A DNA stretch of 64,000 bases from Wenzhouxiangella sp. (lineage in GTDB: Bacteria; Pseudomonadota; Gammaproteobacteria; Xanthomonadales; Wenzhouxiangellaceae), in assembly GCA_035302305.1 (NCBI GenBank), contig DATGSU010000126.1, forward strand, positions 5,236 through 69,235. Direction: 5' to 3'. The position numbers and the translations under genes are program-made. Below are positions 43,198 through 52,723 of this stretch, in pieces (position 1 is the stretch's first letter; every line of letters begins with the position of its first letter). The notes under the pieces were generated by a model that saw only the letters and a program-made list of their open reading frames with translations, was not told the origin of the DNA and ran no database searches.

Positions 43198-43940
43198 TGA
43201 ACAGACCTGGCCTTGGAGTCAATATTGATCATGTCGCAACCATACGGCAGGCACGGGGCGGCCAGCAGCCGTCGGTTGTGCAGGCCGCCCTGGTGGCCGA
43301 GCAGGCGGGCGCCGATGCGATAACCGTTCACCTGCGCCGCGACCGCCGCCATATCCAGGATGAAGACTTGCGGCAGCTGGCCGAAACCATGGGCACGCGC
43401 ATGAATCTGGAAATAGCGGTGACCGAGGAAATGCTGGCAATTGCCGAAGCCATCAATCCGGCAGATGTATGCCTGGTGCCGGAAACGGACGAAGAGCTGA
43501 CCACCGAAGGCGGGCTGGACGTTGCCGCAGGAATGAAGCAGATTGCGGCTGCCTGCCGGCGCCTTGCCGAGGCCGGCATTCGTACCAGCCTGTTTGTCAA
43601 TCCCGATGTCGAATCGCTGGAGGGGGCGGTCGAAGCGGGCGCACCGGCCGTGGAGCTGCACACCGGCCCGTGGGCCAAGGCCCGCACCCGGGAGGAGGCG
43701 GCGCGTGAGCTTGACAGACTGCGCACTGCCGTTGCAGTTGGCCGGCGGCTGGGGCTCATCGTCAATGCCGGCCACGGTCTCGACTATCACAATGTCCATC
43801 CGGTGGCCGCCATTGGCGGTATTGCCGAATTCAACATTGGTCACGCCATTGTTTCGCGCGCGGTTTTCAGCGGTTTGCACGCAGCGGTTGCCGAAATGAA
43901 ACAGCTGCTGGTGGCCGCATCAGGCCGCCTCGCCCAGTGA
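43194..43940 (+). CDS. pdxJ: Pyridoxine 5'-phosphate synthase
   Basis: [37 protein letters not shown]. Confidence 0.97.
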   Translation: MMNRPGLGVNIDHVATIRQARGGQQPSVVQAALVAEQAGADAITVHLRRDRRHIQDEDLRQLAETMGTRMNLEIAVTEEMLAIAEAINPADVCLVPETDEELTTEGGLDVAAGMKQIAAACRRLAEAGIRTSLFVNPDVESLEGAVEAGAPAVELHTGPWAKARTREEAARELDRLRTAVAVGRRLGLIVNAGHGLDYHNVHPVAAIGGIAEFNIGHAIVSRAVFSGLHAAVAEMKQLLVAASGRLAQ

Positions 43941-44717
43941 ATGGCGCAATGCCTGTCGCGTAGCGTGGGCGGTGCGCAAAAAATGCAGATACGTGGCGCC
44001 GGTCAGGCGCGTGGTTCCCTTTGCGGCAAGCTGCTGATGCAGCTGCTGGCAGGCCTTTGACAGCCGCATTGCGCCAGCGTAGCCGCTGCTGCCGGCCCAC
44101 TGGTGCAAAAGACCGGCAGCAGCGCGTCTGTCCCCGCGACACATCATGTGGTCAAGACGCGGCAGCTTTTCTTCAAGTTCATCAACGAACATGGCCGCCA
44201 GGCGGCGGCTCAGGCCGGCATCATCGCCTGTGGCGGCCAGGGCGGAGCCGGGGTCAATCAGCTGATCCAGGCCGTCCGGCCCTTGGTCCGCACCCGCTGG
44301 GCCAGGGAGCCGGAACAGCTGCCGCAGCGCGGCCGTCAGCCCGGTGAGGGAAACAGGCTTGTTGAGGTATTCGTCAAAGTCACCCTTGAGCAGCCGCTCG
44401 CGCTGCCCGGGGCGCGTGTCGGCGGTCAGGGCCACCATGCGCGCACGGGCGGAAGGCGTTTCAAGCTCGCGAATCAGACGCGCTGCGGTGAGCCCGTCCA
44501 TTTGCGGCATGTGCAAATCCATCAGAATGGCATCATAGTCATGTCGTGAGCACAGATCGACCGCGTCCGGACCGCTTTCGGCCGTGTCGATACGGCCCAC
44601 TGTCCGGCTCAGTCCCGCGCTGAGCAGCTCACGATTGATGCGATGATCATCAACAACCAGAATGCGCAGCTGATCGATGGAGCGAATTGATGCGTTGTCG
44701 GGCATGGTTTTTATCAT
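43920..44717 (-). CDS. Stand-alone receiver (REC) + Hpt domain protein
   Basis: [22 protein letters not shown] receiver motifs; [11 protein letters not shown] Hpt motif. Confidence 0.85.
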   Translation of the reverse strand: MIKTMPDNASIRSIDQLRILVVDDHRINRELLSAGLSRTVGRIDTAESGPDAVDLCSRHDYDAILMDLHMPQMDGLTAARLIRELETPSARARMVALTADTRPGQRERLLKGDFDEYLNKPVSLTGLTAALRQLFRLPGPAGADQGPDGLDQLIDPGSALAATGDDAGLSRRLAAMFVDELEEKLPRLDHMMCRGDRRAAAGLLHQWAGSSGYAGAMRLSKACQQLHQQLAAKGTTRLTGATYLHFLRTAHATRQALRHSLGEAA

Positions 44718-46750
44718 ACGCCAGCCGCACAGCCGGTAAAAGTCTGGCGGTGTTTTTGCTGCTGGTCGCTGCCCACGCCGGTGCGCAAGAGCAGCTGGGC
44801 GCCAGCCTGGGAAAAGGACAGGCCGGAAGGGTTTTTTGGGACGCGGCGGAATTCAGCTGGCTACCGGGCGCGGCTGGCCAGGCCGGCAGCTGGCAGCTGA
44901 GCGTGGACGAACTGAAGATTGGCCGCTGGAAAGGACGCCTGGAAATAAACTGCCGGCGCGGGTCTCCCTGGGCGGCCGGGTCCTGGTGCCAGGAGGGGGC
45001 TTTTGCCTGGCAGGACTCGAGTGGCACGGCCTGGTCGGGCCGGCTGTCGGAATTTAGGGCGGCAGATGGTTTGGGCCAGGCCTTTGAAGTTGAAGAACTG
45101 GCGGCTTCCGGCCATGTCTGGTGGCCGGACGGAGACCTTTCCAGGGCGCCGGCCCTTGAGCTTGGGCTCGAGGGACTGAGGCTGGAAAATCTTGCTTCCG
45201 TCATTCCTGAAATTCCCGGGCTGAGTTTTCTCGAAGGCCGGGTTCGGGGCGGGGCAAGCCTGTCTGACGGGCAGCTGAACGTGAATCTGGTGCTGGACCA
45301 GGTTGGCTTCGACAGCCCGGACGGGCAGATTGCCGGCGAGGGCGCAAAGTTTGAGCTCAGTGGCCATCTTGGCGGGCTTGCCGCCGATGAGCTGCTGAGT
45401 TTTTCGGGCGAAATCCGTCAGACCGCCGGCGAGCTGCTGTTCTGGTCGGTTTACCTTCCGCCTCCCGACAGGCCGCTGCTGCTTGAGTTGGCCGGGCAGA
45501 TCGCCGAAAGCGGGGCGCTCGAACTGGCGCACGTCAAAATAGATGATGGCGGGCTGGCTGCCGCCCGTGGAAGCCTGGCCCTTGTTCCTGGTGAGCAAGG
45601 CTGGTCACTGGCCTCGCTCAAGGTTGAACAGTCGCATTTCATGCTGCCGCAGGCCTGGCAGCGCTGGGGCAGCGGGCCAGCTTCGGGTTACGGGCTGGCC
45701 GACCTGGAAACAGCCGGCCGGCTGGACGCATCGCTGCTGTGGAGCGCAGACAGCGAATTTGCCATACGTCTCGATCTGGATTCGCTGGTTGCAAAAGACG
45801 GGCAGCAGCGTTTTTCAGCCGGGCCGCTGAACGGGTATTTTCAGCTGGATGCAAACCGGGTGGCCGCAGAGCTTGAGTGGCGCGAGTTTTCCCTGTTCAG
45901 CCTGCCGTTTGGCCAGTCGGCGCTGGCGCTTGAAGGCACCCGCGAGCGCTGGGGCCTGAGTGAGCCACTTGAAGTGCCGCTGCTTGACGGCGCCGTGGTG
46001 ATTGAACAGCTGGACTGGCGCGCAGCTGCCGAAGCGCATGATTCACTGTCCATGGATGTGCATATTGAGCCCCTGGGCCTGCCGGGCCTGACCAGGGTGC
46101 TGGGCTGGCCTGAATTCGGGGGACGATTGTCCGGCCGGTTTCCGGGAATCCGTTTTGCCGACAACCGGCTTGACTTCACCGGCGGCATGGATATTGAAGC
46201 CTTTTCGGGGCACATTGCCGTGACCGACCTGGTCATAGAGCGGCCGTTTGGCTCGCTGCCGGCCCTGGCTGCGCAGGTGGATTTTGAGCGGCTTGATCTT
46301 GCCGAACTGACCGGGGCTTTCAATTTTGGGCATATGGACGGGCTGCTTTCAGGCTGGCTTCATGACTTGCGCCTGCTTGACTGGCGGCCGGTGGCCATGG
46401 ATGCACGTGCCTATACGCTTGCAGATGCACCGCGTCGCCGCATCAGCCAAAGAGCGGTTGAAAACCTGTCGCGGCTCGGGGGCGGGGCGGCCGCGGGCGT
46501 TGGGCTGCTGCGCATGTTCGATGAGTTTTCATACCGCCGGGCCGGGCTGGCGTGCCGGCTTGATCGCAACATCTGCCATCTGGACGGCGTGGCCGAGCGG
46601 GATGCCGGCGGATTTTTCATTGTTCAGGGACGGGGCTTGCCGCGCCTGGATGTGGTTGGGCACCGTCGACTGGTTGACTGGCCCAGGCTGGTGTCACAGC
46701 TGATGGCCATTTCCGGCAGCGCGCCGCCTTCCGTCGGCGGCGACGACTGA
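44690..46750 (+). CDS. YdbH-like (AsmA-like) exported beta-rich protein
   Basis: Signal-like N-terminus; PLLDG, GWPEFGGRLSG, RISQRAVENLS C-terminal motifs as recalled for YdbH-domain proteins; start uncertain. Confidence 0.6.
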   Translation: MRCRAWFLSYASRTAGKSLAVFLLLVAAHAGAQEQLGASLGKGQAGRVFWDAAEFSWLPGAAGQAGSWQLSVDELKIGRWKGRLEINCRRGSPWAAGSWCQEGAFAWQDSSGTAWSGRLSEFRAADGLGQAFEVEELAASGHVWWPDGDLSRAPALELGLEGLRLENLASVIPEIPGLSFLEGRVRGGASLSDGQLNVNLVLDQVGFDSPDGQIAGEGAKFELSGHLGGLAADELLSFSGEIRQTAGELLFWSVYLPPPDRPLLLELAGQIAESGALELAHVKIDDGGLAAARGSLALVPGEQGWSLASLKVEQSHFMLPQAWQRWGSGPASGYGLADLETAGRLDASLLWSADSEFAIRLDLDSLVAKDGQQRFSAGPLNGYFQLDANRVAAELEWREFSLFSLPFGQSALALEGTRERWGLSEPLEVPLLDGAVVIEQLDWRAAAEAHDSLSMDVHIEPLGLPGLTRVLGWPEFGGRLSGRFPGIRFADNRLDFTGGMDIEAFSGHIAVTDLVIERPFGSLPALAAQVDFERLDLAELTGAFNFGHMDGLLSGWLHDLRLLDWRPVAMDARAYTLADAPRRRISQRAVENLSRLGGGAAAGVGLLRMFDEFSYRRAGLACRLDRNICHLDGVAERDAGGFFIVQGRGLPRLDVVGHRRLVDWPRLVSQLMAISGSAPPSVGGDD

Positions 46751-46755
46751 ATGTT

Positions 46756-47571
46756 TTAGCCGGCTGACGACAGCTGCCAGCTCTTTCCAAGCACCAGTTC
46801 CAGCACCAGCTTGCTGCCAAAATAGGCCAGCGCCAGGACCAGCATGGCCAGCAGCGTCCAGCGCGCTGCCGCCCATCCGCGCCAGCCAAACCGCCAGCGC
46901 CCCAGCAAGAGCAGCCCAAACAGCAGCCAGGACAGCATGGACAGGATGGTTTTGTGGGCCAGGTGCTGGGCCAGCAGGTCGTCAATAAACACCGCCCCCG
47001 TGGCGAGACTCAGACCGAGCAGCAGCCAGCCCAGCCAGATCAGTTTGAACATGATGTTTTCTATTGCGGCCAGCGGCGGCAGCGGAGCCAGCCGGTGAAC
47101 CAGGCGCGGATGGCGCAGGGCCCTGTCCTGAACTGCCAGCATGATTGCATTGATGGCGGCAATGCTCAGCAGGCTGTAGGCCAGAAGAGAGCTGATGATG
47201 TGCAGCCGGACGGCCGCAGACAGGCTGCCCAGCAACAGCGGTTTGGCCGGCACCACCCACTGCAGAAACACGCACAGCGCGGCGCCCGGCAAAATGATCG
47301 CGCAGGCCTGGCTGGAGCGGCTGGCACCTGAAGCCGGGATGATGACGGCCACGGTCAGCACGGCTGCCAGGGACAGCATGTTGAAAAAGTTGACGTCCTT
47401 TCCAGCCGGGTTGTCGATGGCGTTCCACACGAGCACGGCGTGCAAAATTGCGCCCAGAAAAGCCAGCAGCAAACCGGCCTGGATCAGCCAGTGGCGTGAT
47501 TTCATGCTGGCCAGTACAAGGCTGGCGCTGGCGGCCAGGTAAATGGCAATTGCAAATGGGAAAAGCGACAT
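46756..47571 (-). CDS. Cytochrome c assembly family inner-membrane protein (YpjD/CcsA-like)
   Basis: HIISSLLAYS, LPPL, HKTILS, GWRG, LAYFGSK; divergent from ffh as is typical. Confidence 0.88.
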   Translation of the reverse strand: MSLFPFAIAIYLAASASLVLASMKSRHWLIQAGLLLAFLGAILHAVLVWNAIDNPAGKDVNFFNMLSLAAVLTVAVIIPASGASRSSQACAIILPGAALCVFLQWVVPAKPLLLGSLSAAVRLHIISSLLAYSLLSIAAINAIMLAVQDRALRHPRLVHRLAPLPPLAAIENIMFKLIWLGWLLLGLSLATGAVFIDDLLAQHLAHKTILSMLSWLLFGLLLLGRWRFGWRGWAAARWTLLAMLVLALAYFGSKLVLELVLGKSWQLSSAG

Positions 47572-47651
47572 GGAACAATCCGTTGTTGTCAAGCGGGCCG
47601 GAGCGCCGCCCAGTATAATGGGCAACTGCCGATGGTAACCAGAGATCGCCG

Positions 47652-49010
47652 ATGTTTGACCAATTGACAAAACGCCTGACGGGCTCGCTCGAGCGCCTGA
47701 GAAGTCGCGGACGGCTGACCGAGGACAATATTCGCGAATCGCTGCGCGAGGTCAGGGTTGCGCTTCTGGAAGCCGACGTGGCCCTGCCCGTGGTGCGTGA
47801 TTTTATCGCCCGCGTCACCGAGCGCGCTGTTGGCCAGGAAGTCATAAAAAGCCTTGAGCCCGGCCAGGCCCTGATCAAGGTGGTGCACGATGAGCTCAAG
47901 CATGTGCTGGGCGAAGAAAATGCGCCTTTGGCCCTGGACCGCCCGGCACCGGTGGTCATTCTTTTGGCCGGGCTTCAGGGGGCCGGTAAAACAACCACGG
48001 CCGGCAAGCTGGCGCATCTGCTCAAGACCAGGCACAGCAAAAAGGTGCTGCTGGCCAGCTGCGACATCTATCGTCCGGCGGCCATCGATCAGCTTGAAAC
48101 GCTGGCGCAGCAGGTGGATGCGGAGTTTTACCGTGATCCCGGGTCCGACAATGCCGTGGCCATTGCCAGGCAGTCCCTGGGTGAGGCCCGCAAACGCTTT
48201 GCCGACGTTCTGATTATTGACACCGCCGGCCGGCTGGCCGTTGACAGCGAAATGATGGCCGAGATCCGTGACATTCACGGCGCCGTTGACCCTCACGAAG
48301 TGCTGTTTGTGGTCGACTCCATGACCGGCCAGGACGCCGCCAACACCGCCCGGGCCTTTCACGAGGCCCTGCCGCTGACCGGCGTTGTGCTGACCAAGAC
48401 CGATGGCGATGCGCGCGGCGGCGCGGCCCTGTCGGTGCGTCATATCACCGGTGCGCCCATCAAGTTTCTTGGCACCGGCGAAAAAATTGATGGCCTGGAA
48501 CCTTTCCACCCCGACCGCCTTGCGTCCCGCATTCTTGGCATGGGCGATGTGCTCAGCCTGGTTGAAGAGGTGGAACGCAAGGTCGACCAGGAAAAGGCTC
48601 AGAAGCTGGCGCGCAAGGTTGGCAGGGGCAGCCGGCGCTTCGGGCTGGACGATTTTCGCGACCAGCTGGTGCAAATGAACAAGCTGGGCGGCATGAGCTC
48701 CCTGATGGACAGGCTGCCCGGCATGAGCAACCTGCCCGATGCGGTCAGGTCGCGGGTTGATGACAACCAGACCAACCGCATGATCGCCATCATCAATTCC
48801 ATGACGCCCACCGAGCGGCGCTTTCCGGACAGCATTCGCGGCTCGCGCAGGCGCCGCATTGCCGCCGGTTCGGGAACCCAGGTGCAGGAAGTCAACCGCC
48901 TATTGCGGCAGCACAAACAAATGCAAAGAATGATGCGCCGCATGGGCAACAAGGGCGCCATGGCCAAACTGATGAAGCGCCTGCCCGGCGGCAGCGGAAT
49001 GCCGTTTTAG
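47652..49010 (+). CDS. ffh: Signal recognition particle protein
   Basis: GLQGAGKTTT, DTAGR, DGDARGGAALS, M domain. Confidence 0.99.
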   Translation: MFDQLTKRLTGSLERLRSRGRLTEDNIRESLREVRVALLEADVALPVVRDFIARVTERAVGQEVIKSLEPGQALIKVVHDELKHVLGEENAPLALDRPAPVVILLAGLQGAGKTTTAGKLAHLLKTRHSKKVLLASCDIYRPAAIDQLETLAQQVDAEFYRDPGSDNAVAIARQSLGEARKRFADVLIIDTAGRLAVDSEMMAEIRDIHGAVDPHEVLFVVDSMTGQDAANTARAFHEALPLTGVVLTKTDGDARGGAALSVRHITGAPIKFLGTGEKIDGLEPFHPDRLASRILGMGDVLSLVEEVERKVDQEKAQKLARKVGRGSRRFGLDDFRDQLVQMNKLGGMSSLMDRLPGMSNLPDAVRSRVDDNQTNRMIAIINSMTPTERRFPDSIRGSRRRRIAAGSGTQVQEVNRLLRQHKQMQRMMRRMGNKGAMAKLMKRLPGGSGMPF

Positions 49011-49140
49011 AATGTTTTGACGCCGTATTGATACGGCGCTTCCATAACAGATGATTATTGGCTAAAATAGTGGGCTTGCCGATTCCGGCAGCAGAGGCTT
49101 TCCCGTCATCGCAGATGCGGGAAGACTATCAGGAGAAAAC

Positions 49141-49434
49141 ATGGTCAAGATTCGTATGAGCAGGGGCGGCGCCAAAAAGCAGCCCTTCTATCACATTGTT
49201 GTTACCGACAGCCGCAAGCCGCGAGACGGCCGCAATATCGAGCGCCTCGGGTTTTTCAACCCGGTGGCCCGCGGCCAGGAAGAGCGGCTGCGCCTGGACA
49301 TCGAGCGCGTGCAGCACTGGATTGACCGGGGCGCACAGCTTTCAGAGCGCGTTGGTCATCTGTACAACGAGGCGCGCCGCAATCAGTCCAGCCCGCCTGC
49401 CGCCGAGCAGTCCGCTACCCAGGCCACAGCCTGA
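49141..49434 (+). CDS. rpsP: 30S ribosomal protein S16
   Basis: [25 protein letters not shown]...[10 protein letters not shown]. Confidence 0.98.
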   Translation: MVKIRMSRGGAKKQPFYHIVVTDSRKPRDGRNIERLGFFNPVARGQEERLRLDIERVQHWIDRGAQLSERVGHLYNEARRNQSSPPAAEQSATQATA

Positions 49435-49435
49435 G

Positions 49436-49957
49436 TTGAAGCCGTCGGAAGAAGAATCGGTCATCGTTGGCCGGTTCAACGGCGACTGGGGGGTGCGCGG
49501 CTGGGTCAAGGTGTTTTCATACACCCGGCCGCCAGAAGCAATTTTCGACTATATGCCGTGGCTGATTGATGGCCACGGTGACGCCATTGAGCCCGTAGAA
49601 TGGAAAAAATCGGGCCCGCGCCTGGTGGCCAGGCTCGAAGGCGTCGACACGCCCGAAAAAGCCGCTGCGCTTGGGCGTACCCTCATTCGCGTGGCGCGCA
49701 CATCCCTGCCCGACCCCGAGCCGGGGGAATACTACTGGCATGATCTTGTCGGACTCGAAGTTGTCAACCGGCAGAATCACAGCTTTGGTCAAATTTCAAA
49801 AATGCACGAAACCGGTGCCCACGATGTAATGGAAGTCGAGGGCGCTGACGGCACCGTGCTGATTCCCTTCGTAACAGAGCGGTTTGTTGTCAGCATTGAC
49901 CTGGAGGCGCGCCTGGTCACGGTTGACTGGCCGTCTGAATGGGCTGAGCCGGACTGA
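49436..49957 (+). CDS. rimM: Ribosome maturation factor RimM
   Basis: GVRGWVKV, EYYWHDLVG, ETGAHDV, LIPFV; TTG start inferred. Confidence 0.95.
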   Translation: MKPSEEESVIVGRFNGDWGVRGWVKVFSYTRPPEAIFDYMPWLIDGHGDAIEPVEWKKSGPRLVARLEGVDTPEKAAALGRTLIRVARTSLPDPEPGEYYWHDLVGLEVVNRQNHSFGQISKMHETGAHDVMEVEGADGTVLIPFVTERFVVSIDLEARLVTVDWPSEWAEPD

Positions 49958-49960
49958 GCC

Positions 49961-50710
49961 GTGCTTGAACGTATTGACGTTGTCACCCTGTTTCCCGACT
50001 GGTTTGACTGCTTTCATCAGCTGGGGCTGACCGGCCGCGCAATCGAAGAAGGCCGCGTGAGCCTGAACTGCTTCAATCCGCGCGATTTCGCCACCGGGGT
50101 TCACAAAAGCGTTGACGACCGACCCTATGGTGGCGGCCCGGGCATGGTCATGCGCCCCGAACCGCTTGCTCGGGCCATAGAGGCGGCGCGAGGCAATGAG
50201 GCCGATGTGACGGTGGGCTATTTGAGCCCGCAGGGAAAACCGCTGACCCAGCCCGTGCTGGCCGATCTTGCCGCCCGGCGTCGACTCGTGATTGTTTGCG
50301 GTCGATATGAAGGCGTTGACGAGCGCGTTATCGATGAGCTGGTCGACGAGGAATGGTCTGTGGGTGATTTCGTGCTGTCGGGAGGAGAGCCGGCGGCAGC
50401 CGTCATGATCGATGCCCTGGTGCGGCTGCTTCCGGGGGTGCTCGGCCATGAACTGTCGGTCGAGCAGGACTCCTTTTCGCACGGCCTGCTCGACTGCCCG
50501 CATTACACCCGTCCGGCCGAGTGGCGCGGACGCCCTGTGCCCAAGGTGCTGACGAGCGGGGATCACGCCAGGGTTGAACGCTGGCGGCATGCCCAGGCAC
50601 TGCTGCGCACGCGCAGCCGGCGCCCCGATCTGTTTGCCGACTACAGGCTAACGGACGAGGACAGAAAGATCCTGGCGGAGTTTTTGCAAAACGGGCAAGA
50701 CAAGCGCTGA
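49961..50710 (+). CDS. trmD: tRNA (guanine37-N1)-methyltransferase
   Basis: [32 protein letters not shown]. Confidence 0.98.
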   Translation: MLERIDVVTLFPDWFDCFHQLGLTGRAIEEGRVSLNCFNPRDFATGVHKSVDDRPYGGGPGMVMRPEPLARAIEAARGNEADVTVGYLSPQGKPLTQPVLADLAARRRLVIVCGRYEGVDERVIDELVDEEWSVGDFVLSGGEPAAAVMIDALVRLLPGVLGHELSVEQDSFSHGLLDCPHYTRPAEWRGRPVPKVLTSGDHARVERWRHAQALLRTRSRRPDLFADYRLTDEDRKILAEFLQNGQDKR

Positions 50711-50781
50711 AATAGTGGTTATAATGCTCTGCTTGTCATCCCAATTTTTGGGAACTGTCGCGAAACCAGGAACGAACAGTC

Positions 50782-51156
50782 ATGAGCAATATCATCGACG
50801 AAATCAACAAAGAGCAGACTGAGCGCGAGATTCCCGCTTTTTCAGCCGGCGATGCCATTGTGGTCAATTTGTGGGTGCGCGAGGGCGATCGCCAGCGCCT
50901 GCAGGCCTTCGATGGTGTGTGCATCGCCAAGCGCAACCGCGGCGTCAACTCGGCATTTACCGTGCGCAAGGTCTCGCATGGAACAGGCGTGGAGCGCGTG
51001 TTTCAAACCTACAGCCCGCTGATCGAATCCATCAAGGTAAAACGCCGCGGCAGAGTTCGCCGCGCCAAGCTGTTTTATCTGCGTGAGCGTGAAGGAAAGG
51101 CGGCACGCATCAGGGAAAAGCTCACCGGCGCAGGCCGCCGGCCGGCCAAGTCCTGA
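50782..51156 (+). CDS. rplS: 50S ribosomal protein L19
   Basis: [30 protein letters not shown]. Confidence 0.98.
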   Translation: MSNIIDEINKEQTEREIPAFSAGDAIVVNLWVREGDRQRLQAFDGVCIAKRNRGVNSAFTVRKVSHGTGVERVFQTYSPLIESIKVKRRGRVRRAKLFYLREREGKAARIREKLTGAGRRPAKS

Positions 51157-51184
51157 GCGGGGCACTTCAGCAATACATTTGATG

Positions 51185-51211
51185 AAAAGCCAGCCACGCG
51201 CTGGCTTTTTT
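51185..51211. terminator. Bidirectional intrinsic terminator
   Basis: AAAAGCCAGC-cacgc-GCTGGCTTTTTT between convergent rplS and bactofilin. Confidence 0.85.
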
Positions 51212-51222
51212 CATGCCCGCGG

Positions 51223-51618
51223 TTAGCTGTGGCGGCCTGCGGCCTGGCTGTCGGCCCGTGCTGCGGGCCTGCTAAACTGGCTGGTTCCGGTGAAATGCGC
51301 GCCGGGTTCCATGGTCAGCGCGCCTACGGTAATGTCCCCCCTTATGCTGCCCCCGGCCACAATCTCGAGCCGGTCGGCATTGATTGAACCCTCAAAGCGC
51401 CCGCACACGATCACGTGCCGGGCCGACAGTTCGCCCTGCACGGCGCCCGTCCGGCCGATGGAAACCTGCAGGTCCGCGCGAATACGGCCTTCCACCCGAC
51501 CGTCAATCAGCAAATGGTCGCTTACAGCGAGTTCGCCGACAATGACAGAATTGGCTGCAACCACGGTCGTTCCGGCGCCTGTGTCGCCGTCCGCACCATG
51601 TCGGTTAACGAATCCCAT
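51223..51618 (-). CDS. Bactofilin (CcmA family polymer-forming cytoskeletal protein)
   Basis: TTVVA...IDGRVEG...IGRTGAVQG...GDI...MEPGAHFTG beta-helix repeats. Confidence 0.88.
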   Translation of the reverse strand: MGFVNRHGADGDTGAGTTVVAANSVIVGELAVSDHLLIDGRVEGRIRADLQVSIGRTGAVQGELSARHVIVCGRFEGSINADRLEIVAGGSIRGDITVGALTMEPGAHFTGTSQFSRPAARADSQAAGRHS

Positions 51619-52481
51619 TGCACGCGATCCTCTTTGGTAAACAGTGCATCATAGTCGTCCAGCGACCAGTCCATAAAAGGGGCGGGATTCAGCCGGCTGC
51701 CCAGGTGCCGCACTTCGTAGTGCAGGTGGGGCGCTGTTGATCGCCCGGTGTCGCCCGAATAGCCCAGCAGGTCACCGCGCTTGATATAGCTGCCGGACTT
51801 GACCCCGGCTTCGCTCAGATGCCCATATACGGTCGAGAAACCATAGTTGTGGACCACCTCAACCATGTTGCCCAGGCCTGATCCGTGATGCATCCCGGCC
51901 CACTTGACCACGCCGTCGGCGGTGGCATAAACGGGCGTACCCAGCCGGGCTCTCAAATCAACGCCGCCGTGTTTTCTTTCGCGCTTGAGAATGGGGTGGT
52001 AGCGCTTGCCAAAGCCGCTGGTAATGGTCTTGGAGGCCACCGGATAGCCGCTGGGAATGGAGCGCAGCATCAGTCGTTTTTCAAGCGCCGAACGGGTTGC
52101 GTTGTCAACCCTGGCGGCAAGCGTCTGGCCGGGAGATGAAACCGTTCCGACCAGTGCCTCGATGTTTTCCAGGCCCAGAGTCAGTTCGGCCAGCGCCTGC
52201 TGGCTGGCGGCCAGTTCGCTTGAAAGCCTGTCGCTGTGCCTGGCCAGCTGCTCGCGCTGTGACTCAATGGCCTGTTTTTCGGCGTTCAGTTTGGCGATGC
52301 CTTTATTCAGGCTGCCGATTTTTCCTGACAGAAGCACGATGGTTAAAATGCCGGCCAGAATGACAGCAGCCAGGCCAGCCGTGGCGGCGATGGCTGCGCG
52401 CTGCAGCGTGATTCCGACCGCGAAATGCCGGGCGCCGCGGTAGTCGGCAATGGTAATGTGGTAGTGGTGCCGCATAAGCAT
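51522..52481 (-). CDS. M23 family peptidoglycan endopeptidase (TM, coiled coil, M23; Csd1-like)
   Basis: HGGVD (HxxxD), YGHL, STAPHLHYE (HxH); start at 52481 or 52475. Confidence 0.9.
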   Translation of the reverse strand: MLMRHHYHITIADYRGARHFAVGITLQRAAIAATAGLAAVILAGILTIVLLSGKIGSLNKGIAKLNAEKQAIESQREQLARHSDRLSSELAASQQALAELTLGLENIEALVGTVSSPGQTLAARVDNATRSALEKRLMLRSIPSGYPVASKTITSGFGKRYHPILKRERKHGGVDLRARLGTPVYATADGVVKWAGMHHGSGLGNMVEVVHNYGFSTVYGHLSEAGVKSGSYIKRGDLLGYSGDTGRSTAPHLHYEVRHLGSRLNPAPFMDWSLDDYDALFTKEDRVQWDSLTDMVRTATQAPERPWLQPILSLSANSL

Positions 52482-52651
52482 TGACAGTGTGGTTGACGGC
52501 GGCCAATGGTCCCCTTGCGGACCGGCAACCGGGCCGCCAATTATGCGAGCATGTTCCCCCAGTTGCAAATGGCCGGTTTTTGCCCGCCCCCTGTGGGCGA
52601 GAAGTTTGCGTCACAGCAAGGGCCGGCGGCCAGGCTCGCGCCCGCAGCCGG

Positions 52652-52680
52652 CTTGAAATGACGGGTTTCAGGGCCCATTT
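52652..52680 (+). promoter_or_regulatory. Sigma32 heat-shock promoter of htpG
   Basis: CTTGAAA-14 nt-GCCCATTT close to consensus CTTGAAA...CCCCATNT. Confidence 0.75.
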
Positions 52681-52723
52681 CTCGTTTCTGTCCAAATCAT
52701 ATTGCCTGCAACCCTGTCGATAG

